From Phoronis australis (lineage: Eukaryota; Animalia; Phoronida), in the NCBI GenBank assembly GCA_002633005.1, contig NMRA01000003.1, forward strand, positions 1,602,503 through 1,666,502: DNA of 64,000 bases, read 5' to 3'. Shown here one piece after another: positions 1 through 12,446 of this stretch. The first letter of the stretch is position 1. Each line of letters starts with the position of its first letter. Under the pieces are notes generated by a model that had not been told where the DNA came from, ran no database searches, and saw only the letters and a list, made by a program, of their open reading frames with translations. Made by a program: the position numbers and the translations under genes.

Positions 1-228
1 ATTTAGTTAATGTGTCATATGATGCTGTTAAGTGATAACATTTTTCTTGGGGCTGATACACACCAGAGACAATGAATAGTGGGCAGTGCAAAGAGTTCTT
101 ATCATTTCAGTCCCATTTTCTAGTATCGTTTTTGTGCTGTTTAAAAGAGTCACATAAAAATGAAATGTATAGATATCCGAAAAAGAAACTGATTGTACAT
201 CTTCTTTGTCAAGTGTACACATGCATAC

Positions 229-324
229 CAGAATCTTAGTCCACTGAGTTTTGTCCACCATCTTAACATTTAATTTGGTAAAGTAGATGAACAGAGCCTC
301 CTCCTGCTCAATTTTGGGGACCAT
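229..324 (-). CDS. Probable first coding exon of an unidentified divergent gene (MVPKIEQEEALFIYFTKLNVKMVDKTQWTKIL...), continuing off the left edge
   Basis: On the - strand: pyrimidine-rich acceptor ttctttgtatccAG ending at 434, ATG in catcATGg context at 324, 32 open codons, then a phase-0 donor GTATGC at 228. An alternative acceptor at 421-422 would give a 64-codon internal exon (229-420). No family recognised. Confidence 0.4.
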
Positions 325-1039
325 GATGTAATAAGATGATGCTTCAGTAAAAATCTGGTACTTCGCCAGGTAGGCCACATTCTCCTGATGTCCGTCCACC
401 CCAGGACCGTACGATTTAAGCTGTTAGTAAGCCCTGGATACAAAGAATAAATACAAGTCTTTAAATTACTTCAATATCATTGCAATCACAATTTTTTCTA
501 AAGTCAATCTCTTCCAGCATTTGTTTGACCAGTGAAGTCGAGATCCGAAGGATAAAGCTACATTCATGAATAATTCTGATAGTTTTTGCGCCCGTACTCG
601 GATGGTGCAAATTTATGATCACCATTTACCTGTTACTGTAAGAAAAGTCTGCCTTTTCAAGCAAGTTCAATTTACAGCGCAGTGTAAAAATGGGCATCAC
701 CTACTTCTGTGCCATGCCAAGTGTGCACAGGCCTCTTACATCTAGCTCGACCATGGACTCATGTATTATAGGAAAGACACTTTTGTGCTCTCCGAAGGTG
801 AAACAGTCGCAAATTATATGGTCATCAAGCAACTTGTCATTGCCTTTAAAAACAAAATTTTCAAGCAGACAAGATTGGTGCAATAGTTTTTGGGGTCAAT
901 GCCCAAAGAGTTGTAGAAATAGCAACAATACTTTCCACATGTTCATGACAAAGAAAATAGATCTGGGTGTAACACTTGGTAAACAGTAAATCCAAGGAAA
1001 ATGTCCAAATTTAGCTAACTTCAGAACATCAAATCTCAG

Positions 1040-1418
1040 AAATGCGTTACGGCGCACCCGTGCTGTCGGAGTATCTCAATTCACCGATTGGCTAGTCGGG
1101 ATACAACTATGTGTGTTGTTATCAGTTTGACAGCAATAGCAAGAGGAGGAAGTTGGCAAACCATTATGTTTACGTAGTCCAGCTCTCTCATTGTCTGCGT
1201 TCATCTGATAATCTCGCGTAATCCAGCAATTACGTTGTAAACAGCGCGCCTGATGCTAACTGATATTTAAAATTACTAATTCCAAACGGGTTTCAACAAA
1301 AGGTCATGAAGATGTGTTTTGTATGGAATACTATCACCAAAAAACGTCGAACAGAGAGAAACGGTTGACTTTCAGACTCTTTGCCTTAACTTTCACCTGC
1401 TGATTCCTTTGTGGGACT
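1040..1418. promoter_or_regulatory. CpG-rich putative bidirectional promoter / 5' UTR exon
   Basis: Locally dense CpGs against a CpG-poor background, reverse CCAAT (GATTGGCT ~1086), ETS-like GGAAGT (~1148), TCTCGCG (~1212) and a + strand donor ACT|GTAAGC at 1419. It lies between the - strand exon (229-433) and the + strand ANKFN1-like gene. Confidence 0.4.
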
Positions 1419-1430
1419 GTAAGCTCTGAC

Positions 1431-1549
1431 CCCCCTCCCCTACTACCACAGTATTGTGTGCCAACATACCAAGTTTAATCCAAGGTGATACCCCCCCTGA
1501 CTACTACAGCATTGTGTGTCAACATACCAAGTTTAATCCAAGGTGATAC
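1431..1549. repeat. Two-copy tandem repeat, ~58-60 bp unit
   Basis: CCCCC..CTAC..ACAG.ATTGTGTG.CAACATACCAAGTTTAATCCAAGGTGATAC occurs twice head to tail. Confidence 0.9.
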
Positions 1550-4500
1550 TGATCAGATCATGATGTTGGAAGTTAGTGTTAAAACAGGGAATGGTACGTA
1601 ATTGGCTGATTGGATTCAATTGAAACATACTTTATGCTTTGTTCTCTAAACCACTGATAGGAGTTGTTTTCAAATGGACATTATTGGCATGAAAAGTGAT
1701 TTTCTGAGATCACTCTCAGTAAATGGCATAGCGTTAAGTCACTGCCCTTGATTTCAATGGATGTCTGGCAAACAACTGTGAAAATAGGTAACTGCTGTAA
1801 AATAACAAAAATATCAGATATTTTGTTTTATTGCTCTGGTCAAACCTAATTACTATTATAGATTTATCCAATCCAACAATAATCTTAAAAGTATTGTTTT
1901 TGCCCTAAAACTGAACAATGCCCTATTTATGTATTCCACTTTGGCATGAAGGGCTCTAAAAATCTTGACTTTAGGACTTTTGTGAAAAAAAACAAAAGTT
2001 GTTCAAAATAAAAACGACCAGTTCATTAAGAAAAATAATGTTTTTAAAACTTTAACTTGAGCTTCTTTATATCAAAGATTGGTCGTGTTATTACCCTTGG
2101 TTTGGTAGAAATGTACGTTCTTTTTATAATGTCACCTCACCCAATTAATGACAAAATCTGTATGCTTTCCTCTGTCTGAAAATGTATAGTTAGTTCAATG
2201 GTTTGTAGATATTTGACTTAATGCATGGACTGATTATCCATAAAGTCTCTTGTGTACTTGTAAACGATGGTATATTCACTGACTGCGCGTCTAGTGAATG
2301 ATCAATTAAGATGAAACTAATTGAGATGATCCACAGATTAAACATTTAGATTTTTAGAAAATAGTTAACTCCGCCAACACTCAAAATAAATGAAAGGGTC
2401 CAATCACTGGTCACACGTGAAATTATTGATTTGATGAATTACGACTGCAATTTTTCAAAGTTTCACAAATCACGACAAATTTTAGTTGCTCCCATTGCCG
2501 TCTTCAGCTCTCCGAACCAGAGTGCTACCAATTTTCTGAGCAATATACTTATTGGTAAAAAAAAGAAGAAAAATCACTTCCTAGGAAGCATTAAGTTAGT
2601 TGAGTATGGCATTGCGAGCTTGCAGCTCAGGTCCTTGATCACATGACTGATCTTCCCGCCGTTGTTGAACCGAAAGTAACACCGTGTTGTGAATAGGAGG
2701 AAGTTGCTATCCCTGGTCACGGTTAAGTGGGGGGGGGGGNGTATTGTCCATATTGATGGTGTGGTCAGATGAAACTAAGTGGTCACCAACAGCAGTAGGT
2801 TTGTCCGTTTTTTACCATCACCACAGGAGACAGCAATGAACACATTTAATCAAATATACCATTTCTCCACTGCGAGCGCTTCCTACGTTCTAACCATTAC
2901 ACACATTCTCCACCCCAATTGCTACCAATTCTCCACCCAATTTTCTACCCCAAGTGCCACCACTTTTCCAACTCTCCACCCGAACGGGCCACCATTTCTC
3001 CGACCAATACACCTATTCTCCCCTTGGGTGTTTTTTGTCCATGCTTCCTGTCACGTAGTTAGCATATCACGTGGCAAAGTTTCATTATTAATAAAAAAAT
3101 TCATTCATTCATGTAAATTATTATGTGGCAAGTCTGTTATTTCCCATGTCTAGGCCCAAGTGGTTTTAAAGAAGTATCATCACATCTCAGGTGATCATTC
3201 ATACAAATCCCATGAGTGGTTTAAATACAGGTTATTGCTGTAGAGGACATGCTATAATCTATTTATCCCCAATATTGGGTGTTGAATTGTACAAAACCCA
3301 CAAAACAAAAATGACTCTATCGTCATCTTTTATTATTTTTGATGTAGGTCATCCCTGTGTAGTATGGTGGATCAAACCACACACTCCATGAGCCTCTTCT
3401 ATATTCGGAACATTGTAGCAAAAAATTGCTCTGCACGTCTTGTCCTGCCAAATTGTTTGTCTCAAAGGAAACAACTACTAATTTATAACATGGTAGTCAT
3501 TTTCCGATCAGAGTCGAATAATTAATAAGCAGTCCAAAATTCCTTAAAAAACTTCAATATTTTCTATCGGCAATGGAAAATTGATGAGCTTTCAAGTACC
3601 GTAGTAGTCTAGGAGATTAAGTATAGATTTGGCAATTAAAAGTTTAAATTTACTATTTTATGTGCCCACATAACGTCTTATTTGTGGGTGCGTGTTAATG
3701 ACATTCCCATGTATTTTGAAATTCAATAAATATTTCAGAAAAATTGCACTGGATCAATTCCACAAATGGTCATGTGCCCATACAATGGAAAGGTTCAACA
3801 CCCCTATTGGCAGACACTGACACTACACAGTCTGGGCAGAGTATAACGCATGCACCAGCACCAGTGATATGATAAATAGTAATCAGAATTTTAATTTAAT
3901 TGACCAACCATGAATGATTTTTCCCAATATTAATACAGATGCATTGAATTGGCTGCAAATTTGTGCACAAATAAAAAAAATAAATTTTCCTAGTAAATTT
4001 TTTTAAAAAATACATAGGATTATCTTGACCAATTATCGTATGGGAACGACAAAATTCGAAAATAGCTACTTCTGCCCAGAAGTAAATTACGCTGAATGAT
4101 AGCTTTTTCACAAGACAAGGTGTGAATTCCTAGACGCGACAACCTCGCAAAACTGTAAATCTCTTCACAAAGTATCGCAATGTATACCAGTTAAGCACGT
4201 GATCAGCTTCCTTTGACAGAGTCTTGTGTCTGGGGAATTTAATCCTATTCGTTGATTTATGTTTGTGTGTGACTGCCATCTATTGACACTGATATGTGTT
4301 CAGTTCTGCACAGCATATAACTACACAGTGACTGGTAAAGTCTACTGTCACCTGTTTTTCAAGTCATACATGATTTATTAACCATGTCTCTCTCTTGTAC
4401 TTCTTGTCTACCTTGATACCACTGTCTAGTACAAGCTCATCTGCAATTCCAATGTCACGCTTGATCGAAAATACTTCTGCAATTTTAACAAACTAGTGAT

Positions 4501-5668
4501 TTAAAAATTAAAAATTCATGTTCTTGCAATTGCATTTCAAAACGAGGTATACACGAGTGTTTGAAATTAATAAATTTTGCGAAATTTTATTTTGATAGCG
4601 GTTTGTTTAATTGTGAAATTTAAGAAAAGCGCTGAGCTGTTCTTCTTTCGTTACATTCACTGTGTGTGTGCAAGAAGATGGAAGTATGTTTTCAGCACCC
4701 TCTATTAATTCATTACCAAAGAAATGTCACATGTTGCTCTCTTTATCTATAGATTAGACCAGGTCAGAGTACCAGGGACACGGGTAGGGGCCTTCTCTGA
4801 GCACAGTGTATCAATTAGGTGGCTTGTATCAACACTGTGGTGTATGCTCACGCTGTGGTCACGATAAGCTGTGAATGCTATACAAGTGGATCTCCCATTA
4901 ATTCTACATTGATTTTCTTCAGCGAGCGGCTGCAACTGTTATGGTTCTCTGTGTTGTCCAGGGGGGAGCGTGGCTCAGACGGACACGCAGCCTCCATGGA
5001 ATTTAATTACATGATTTTGCCACTTCATTTGTCACATGTAACACTGTAGTTGGCTGTTAAGTCAACCAGAGTAATGAAAGCTTGATCAAGGAACAGCCGC
5101 ACATGTGTATCACTCTCATCATCTTTGTTGATAATTCTATGGATTTTCTACAAGTGTTATTTGTGATTGGATTGACTTTGCTACTCAGACGGCTAGTGTA
5201 GCAAAGGGCGTTTATGAGTTATTACTGGATTGTATTAACGATTCAAAGACTGGAGAATTACAGATCTCTGGTGTTGTGTTTTTTCTTCAGGGAAGTAATT
5301 ATTAATTTCGTAACTTAGCAGCAAGATTCATCAAGGTACTCTGTCGTGGTCAATGAGCTAGGCATTCATTTATTGCTTCGTGAGCTATCCTGGTCACCAA
5401 AGGAGTTGTTTAGGCGCAGTAATCTATATCGGTTGATTAGATGCCCTGGCGATTAGATTATTGTATTGTATGATTTTGTTTGACTGAGCTTGCGGCTTCT
5501 TCAGCACTGCAGTATCCAATGAGTCATTAACCGCTCCGTGACTCTATCCAGCTTGTGTACCTTCAGCCGTTGTAATGTGCCAATTGCCTATGCAGTTTAA
5601 TCAGAACTCTGCAAGCTGATCATACCTGGTCGCGCTTAGCTGGCATTTCCAAGACTGAAAAAATCAAA

Positions 5669-5787
5669 ATGACGTCTCTGTGGCAGAGCTTGTTTGACAA
5701 GTGGAAGGCATCACGGTTAAATACTAAAAAGTCGGACATTGTTTTCCCTGGTGTTATGGCCAAGAAGCGTAAAGGATCAGTTGTAGG
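5669..5787 (+). CDS. ANKFN1: ANKFN1/wide awake-like gene, putative first coding exon (isoform A): MTSLWQSLFDKWKASRLNTKKSDIVFPGVMAKKRKGSVVG
   Basis: ATG in caaaATGa context, 39 open codons plus 2 nt, strong donor GG|GTGAGT. Its phase-2 end matches the acceptors at 14504 and 26253. Linked to the gene by phase only. Confidence 0.55.
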
Positions 5788-6714
5788 GTGAGTGTTTATC
5801 ACTTATTTCAAACAGTTTGCATGTTATCAGTAATTAAGTGGTAGGGTTATCAAAACTATGCTTCATTACTACACAATACAACCAATGAACAATAGGAAGC
5901 ATTCTGCATACAACCAGTATTTGGTGATGTGGGAGCACAAATACCTCTTGCCTGGCCCTGGATTTCTAATTCTGCTATGAAAGACCGGCAGAGTTGATGA
6001 TGGACGAAATGCCTTTTTTGTTCAAAAACGTTTCGAGATTTAGGACAGAGTTTATGTGAATCTTTGAATAACCGACCTCACCGCAGTGGGAATTAGAGGG
6101 CATGATGGCTGCAAGGAGTTTAAAAATGCTGGAAAATATCTGATCGGATTGAATCCATACAAGAATGAAAAACATTTCCATCAGCTACCTTCTCGTGGCG
6201 AAATCGAGAAATAGCAATTCTTACTTATTGAAATTCTTTCATGGGAATTTGCATTTGCAAATGTTAACATTGGCTTTTCTATGTTAAGAATGTGCTGCAT
6301 ATTTTTAAAAAGATTCTGTAATGTAGGAAATAGTACATATTCATGTTATTTCCCTGTTTACTAAATTGTTTTCTCCTGTCAGAGCATTGTGAATAACAGT
6401 TGATTAGAATAACACGATTCTGCCAATGTTAATCTTTAAAAGCATTTTGTTTAATGTTCTTTTACATTGATGGACTCATAATAATTTGGAATAAAACTGT
6501 ACGTACTTATCAATTTATATGAATGACTGGATTTTGCAATTACTTTAGTTTAGTTTGTGGTCATTTTAGAGTAATTGCGCAGGATTAAATGGAGTTTACT
6601 ACACAGACTGACTCCAGGGCTGATTGTTCTTTGTAAACAGCCTTCAGTCCTTAGAGCAATGTTGTGTTAGTATTATAAGATGTGAATAATGATAAAATAC
6701 ATGAAAATTGCTGT

Positions 6715-6935
6715 TTCTCTCTTCCTCCCTTCCTCCCACCCTCACCTGTTCCTCATCTTCCCCACCCTCCATCACCCATCCCGCACCCTCCCTTCCCTCC
6801 CTNCTCCCTCCCTCCCACTCTCCTGCCATCTCTCTTGCCTCCATCCCTTCCTCCCTCAGGCATCCCCCTCCTTCCTCCCTCCATTCCCACCCCTCTCCTA
6901 GGTTCTCCCCCTCCCGCTCCATCGCTCCCGCCCTC
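6715..6935. repeat. Polypyrimidine (CCT/CCCT-rich) low-complexity tract
   Basis: Almost pure C/T on the + strand, with a single N at 6803. It produces several spurious Pro/Ser- and Gly/Glu-rich ORFs. Confidence 0.9.
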
Positions 6936-8150
6936 AGGCATATATTTTATAGGTCAGTCCAGCTCCTTACCATGGTACTATGGTATTTTTACAATATCAG
7001 CATGTGTCTAAGGTAGAATTGATAAAATAGTAAGTGATCTTGTGTTCATACTACATGTTGGTAAAAATACTCCATGTTAAATGTTCCATGCTAATTGTAT
7101 ACAGAATATTCCCACATCAGAGAGCTTAAGAAAGTTAGTGGGCAACCTCTTAGAATCCTTTGATTGTGAAAAAGACTAAGGTATGGTCTTTTATCTTCTT
7201 GTAGTCTACTGTGTCAAGCTGTAGACTTGAGGATACATCCAATGAATTTCCTAGGTATACCCTGGATATGAGATGGACATTGCCATAGTAACTCAAATTA
7301 GAGAGCACCTTAGAGTCATGACTGTTTCTGCTCTAATTGTTTGGGATAGGCAAAAACATTATGTAGGTCTTTAACAACTCATTCATTAATCATTGACAAA
7401 GAAATACATGGACAGGTAGTCAAACACTGTGGAAAGGAGGCAGTGAATAATTCTTGCTAGTAATCTTGTGATTGTCACCAGTTGAGAGACTGACCTAGTA
7501 TCTCTCAACGGATTCATATTCAGACGAATGAGGCAACTTTATGCAAACCCGAGGTAATTTTCTGGGAGATTCCATTAAGATTTCTGAAAAAATGCTCAGT
7601 AAATTGATTGCCCTTTTTTAAAATTAGATGATTACTTCATATAAACTAAGACAAATTTATAACAAATTTGAGCAAGTTATATATAACAAAACAGTGAAGA
7701 CACTTAAGGTCCTCTGTGATGCTGCTGTCGTCAAAACTGATCTTAATTCAAAGTAATCTACACAACAATATCAAAGCAGCTGACGCTCACCATATCCCAG
7801 TTCTAATGCCCGTCACCAATAATATAGCCAAGTACCCTCCCCCCTTTGAGGTACTGTCTGTTGGTTTGCTAAAGCTGCGTAGACTGTAGACGATCATTTT
7901 TTCCAGTTGTAAAAGTCCTGACCATGTCTGGCAGCTTAATGAAACTTCATTTGTGATGACAAAATGTTTATGTGTAGTCTATTCTCCAACTCAGTGTAAT
8001 TAAAATCTAAAATTAGCTGAATGTGAAACATCAGGCAACAGTTTTCTTGTGCCAATCAATAACAGATGGTATCTGATTCCTTAGAAAACAGTCCCTCAAG
8101 TAGGTAGTGCCTGTATAATTGGGCAGTAAAAGTTTAAAAATAGGTCTTCA

Positions 8151-8683
8151 TTATTCCCACCAAAGTTGATGGGATATTGTTATGATAGGTGACCATTGTC
8201 CGCTTGGGTGTCTGTCCTTGCATCTGTCTATATGTGCTTGCATTCAGAGAATAATACTCCCCTATACGCAACTTCTACATTTCTCGGCAGATTTTTACCA
8301 AACTTTCAAAAAAGCATGCTTAGGAGGTACTGTATGCATAAATCATTTTATTATTTTTAATTGGAGCTTCCTAAATTTTGACCCATTGTGACATGCTCTT
8401 CCATGTGCAACTTTTTCAACATTTCTGAGGGGATTTCCACCAAACACTCAGATTTCAAAGTGTTGCAGCTCATATCATTACTTTGTGATTCGACCACATT
8501 TTCCCGAATTCTCAAGAGCTTTTGTCCAACAAGTACGCTTACAATGTGCCGTAGCAGGAATTCGAGTGAATTTTCCTCAGTTTTGTGCTGTTCTTGATTT
8601 TCTCATTTGGGAAATACTCCACTCAGTGCGGAACTATTACAGAACTTATGGTGGGGGATATTACCGTCTGGGACAGGTTTGTT
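8151..8683 (+). mobile_element. Non-autonomous Helentron-type element (HINE / DINE-1 / pearl-like)
   Basis: 5' TTATTCCCACCAAAGTT followed by a short inverted copy and a GTCC/GTCT-like stretch. 3' subterminal inverse AACTTATGGTGGGGGATA, then a small hairpin ACCGTCTGGGACAGGT and TTGTT. Confidence 0.6.
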
Positions 8684-10187
8684 TCACTCATCAAATGTTC
8701 CGTGTAGTTTTACTTATGTCAAAAAGTAGCCCATGTCTTATTATTAATATTATTATTGATTCATTTTCATAATACATCAAACACCTGAGATTTTCAAAGA
8801 GTTGGATGCAGAGTAATATTACTATGATTTGAGCAAAGCTTAGTTAAACAATTGTCCCTTTCTGCCATCCACAAAACTATTAAGTAACTCAGTTCATATT
8901 TTGGTATCTTCCTGAAATCTTTCTGCATCTCATCAAGTAACTGTTGAACCATTTTCAACTCGTAAAAAAGTATGAAGCCTTGATTACTGAAAAATCTTAC
9001 TTCATCCCTTAAAAGTCACACTATCATGNTATGGTATCTTTACAATATCAGCATGTGTCTTAGGTAGAATTGATAAAATAGTGAATGAGCCTGTGTTCAT
9101 ACTACATGTTGGTTAAAATACTCCATGTTAAATGTTCCATGCTAATTGTATACGGAATGTTCCCACATCAGAGAGCTTGAGAAAGTTAGTGGGCAACCTC
9201 TTAGAATCCTTTGATTGTGAAAAAGACTCTAAGGTATGGTCTTTTATCTTCTGTAGTCTACTGTGCCAAGCTGTAGACTTGAGGATACATCCAATGAGTT
9301 TCCTAGGTATACCCTGGATATGAGATGGACATTGCCATAGTAACTCAAATTAAAGAGCACCTTAGAGTCATGACCATTTCTGCTCTAATTGCTTGGGATA
9401 AACGAGTCAAAAACATTATGTAGGTCTTTAACAACTCATTCATTAATCATTGACAAAGAAATACATGGACAGGTAGTCAAACACTGTGGAAATGAGGCAA
9501 TGGATAATTCTTGCTAGTAAGCTTGTGATTGTCACCAGTTGAGAGACTGACCTAGTAACTCTCAACAGATTCATATTCAGATGAATGAGGCAACTTTATG
9601 CAAACCCGAGGTAATTTTCCAGGAGATTCCATTAAGATTTCTGAAAAAATGCTCAGTGAATTGATTGCCCTTTTTTAAAATTAGATGATTACTTCATATA
9701 AACTAAGACAAATTTATAACAAATTTGAGCAAGTTATGTATAACAAAACAGTGAAGACACTTAAGGTCCTCTGTGATGCTGCTGTCGTCAAAACTGATCT
9801 TAATTCAAAGTAATCTACACAACAATATCAAAGCAGCTGACGCTCACCGTATCCCAGTTCTAATGCCCGTCACCAATAATATAGCCATGTACCCTCCCCC
9901 CTATGAGGTACTGTTGGTTTGCTAAAACTGCATAGACGATATTTTTTCCCAGTTGTAAAAGTCCTGACCATGTCTGGCAGCTTAATGAAACTTCATTTGT
10001 GATGACAAATTGTTTATGTGTAGTCTATTCTCCAACTTTGTGTAATTAAAGTCTAAAATTAGCTGAATGTGAAACATCAGGGAACAGTTTTCTTGTGGCA
10101 ATCAATAACAGATGGTATCTGATTCCTTAGAAAACAGTCCCTCAAGTAGGTAGTGCCTGTAATGGGCAGTAAAAGTATAGGTCTTCA

Positions 10188-10719
10188 TTATTCCCACCAA
10201 AGTTGATGGGATATTGTTATGATATGTGACCATTGTCCGCTTGGGTGTCTGTCCTTGCATCTGTCTATGTGTGCTTGCAATCAGAGAATAATACTCCCCT
10301 AAACGTAACTTCTACATTTTCGGCGGATTTTTACCAAACTTTCAAAAAAGTATGCTTAGGATGTACTGTATGCACACATCATTTTATTATTTTTAATTGG
10401 AGTTTCCTGAATTTTGACCCATTGTGACATGCTCTTCCATGTGCAACTTTTTCAACATTTCTGAGGAGATTTCCACCAAACACTCAGATTTCAAAGTGTT
10501 GTAGCTCATATCATTACTTTGTGATTCGACCACATTTTCCCGAATTCTCAAGAGCTTTTGTCCAACAAGTATGCTTACAATGTGCCGTAGCAGGAATTCG
10601 AGCAAATTTTCCTCAGTTTTGTGCTGTTCTTGATTTTCTCATTTGGGAAATACTCCACTCAGTGCGGAACTATTACAGAACTTATGGTGGGGGATATTAC
10701 CGTCTGGGACAGGTTTGTT
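10188..10719 (+). mobile_element. Second copy of the HINE-like element, inside the duplicated 2-kb block
   Basis: Near-identical to 8151-8683. Confidence 0.6.
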
Positions 10720-11876
10720 TCACTCATCAAATGTTCCGTGTAGTTTTACTTAAGTCAAAAAGTAGCCCGTGTCTTATTATTAATATTATTATTGATTCAT
10801 TTTCATAATACATCAAACACCTGAGATTTTCAAAGAGTTGGATGCAGAGTAATGTTACTATGATTTGAGCAAAGCTTAGTTAAACAATTGTCCCTTTCTG
10901 CCATCCACAAAACTATTAAGTAACTCAGTTCATATTTTGGTATCTTCCTGAAATCTTTCTGCATCTCATCAAGTAACTGTTGAACCATTTTCAACTCGTA
11001 AAAAAGTATGAAGCCTTGATTACTGAAAAATCTTACTTCATCCCTTAAAAGTCACACTATCATGGTTACCATTTTTATTTTTTAAAATGAATTTTTAAAG
11101 AAAAATAAATTTTATTGGACCTTGCCGCACGCACTACTGTTACATTTCTATGCAAGATTTGCACACATCTATGGTTCATTACCCTACTTGACTAGCATCA
11201 GAAAGCCACATAAGCTCTTGTGTAAGGCTGTGCTCAGGATGGTTTCTGCTGAGAGAATATTATAATATCCCTTAGCCACTGTGTTATGAAGGGCCAACAA
11301 AATACACAAACTCAATTACCCAGTGAGCTTAGTGTGTGCATATTGCCTTTGTAGTTGGAATCCTGACATTTTGTCTTTGTAAAGTGCAGACTTTTGGATT
11401 TTCATATTCCAGACTTGGGAATCGACCCATGCCACACTAAAGAGAAATCAATGCCGAGCACTGATTAAAGTGTCCAAAATCAAAATACTTACAACGATTT
11501 GGCCCTAATTGAAATCAATTGAAGTCGTGCCAATTAATTGGGATATTTAGGAGCTAAATAATGTGTTTAAAGGAATGTTGATTCAAGGCTGCACACTACT
11601 AGGCTGTCATAATGTTGCCAGCAATGTGCCCAGTGCCCTTGTTGTAGTGCAGTTCTGTGTACCAAGCCTCTACTTGGTTATCATGGAGACACTAGCAGTA
11701 TGTTGTCACCTCCCTAACAGGTCATGGCTGTTTTATTTTGATCACTAGGGAAAGGAAACAAGTTTTGCTAGGTAACAAAATACTGTTATATCAGCTGGAA
11801 ATGAGAGCTTGCCCATCAATGGTTACCGTGAGGTACCGGTTTTTCGATCTTGAATTTTAATACTGGAAAACTAAGT

Positions 11877-12117
11877 GACTTGGACACACCAAGCTTGTTC
11901 AAGATTTCTAACAAGCCCGGATTTTAACCTTACTCATCACTACTTAGTTAAATTTGACCATGCAAGCTTGCTTAAGTTTAATAAAGTGCGACCTTATTTC
12001 ATGTTTTCCAAGCTTGGATCTCCTTCCTCCCTTGCTAACCAGAGTTTACTCAGCTTAAAACGAGTAAGGTTAATCAGGGTTGTCAAAAACTTTGAACAAG
12101 CTTGTTGGGGGCAAGTC
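11877..12117. mobile_element. Degenerate fold-back MITE
   Basis: ~55-bp imperfect inverted arms: GACTTG..CAAGCTTGTTCAA...TTAACCTTACTC and GAGTAAGGTTAA...TTGAACAAGCTTG..CAAGTC. Further inverted matches extend to ~12260. Confidence 0.55.
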
Positions 12118-12386
12118 AGCTTGAATAAGGCTGTATACTATCTAGCTTGATTAATCTTGCCAGTAAGGATTATTCAAGCATGAGGAATTTAGTGACTCAT
12201 AATTTCAAGCTAAGGGAGCAACGGTTGGTGAGGGAGCAAGGAAATTCAAGCTCGGAGAAAAATATCAACTAAGATAGTGAGCTATTCATGCCTTGACCGA
12301 GTTTGTGGTCAAATAAGCTGAGTACTATTCATTTTTAATACATTTAATTCCAATAAATTGAAGTTGTACATCTTGAATCATAAGAA

Positions 12387-12415
12387 ACGCACACACACAC
12401 ACACACACACACACG

Positions 12416-12446
<31 letters not shown>
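12387..12446. repeat. (CA)n microsatellite
   Basis: About 30 CA units with CG interruptions. Confidence 0.97.

Larger units (their letters stand above)
6979..11064. repeat. ~2.04-kb direct tandem duplication (6979-9028 and 9030-11064), probably uncollapsed haplotypes
   Basis: Both copies start TATGGTAT.TTTACAATATCAGCATGTGTCT and end AAAAGTCACACTATCATG. They differ only by scattered SNPs and small indels, and a single N (9029) sits exactly at the junction. Confidence 0.95.

Noticed and set aside
6644-7016. Five overlapping ORFs (Pro/Ser-rich and Gly/Glu-rich)
   Set aside because: They arise from the stop-free CT-rich low-complexity tract and have no domain or splice support.
8182-10808. Duplicated 95-aa ORFs (MIRPHFPEFS...) suggesting a tandem gene pair
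   Set aside because: They lie inside a HINE-like repeat within the probable haplotype duplication, use non-ATG starts and resemble no protein family.
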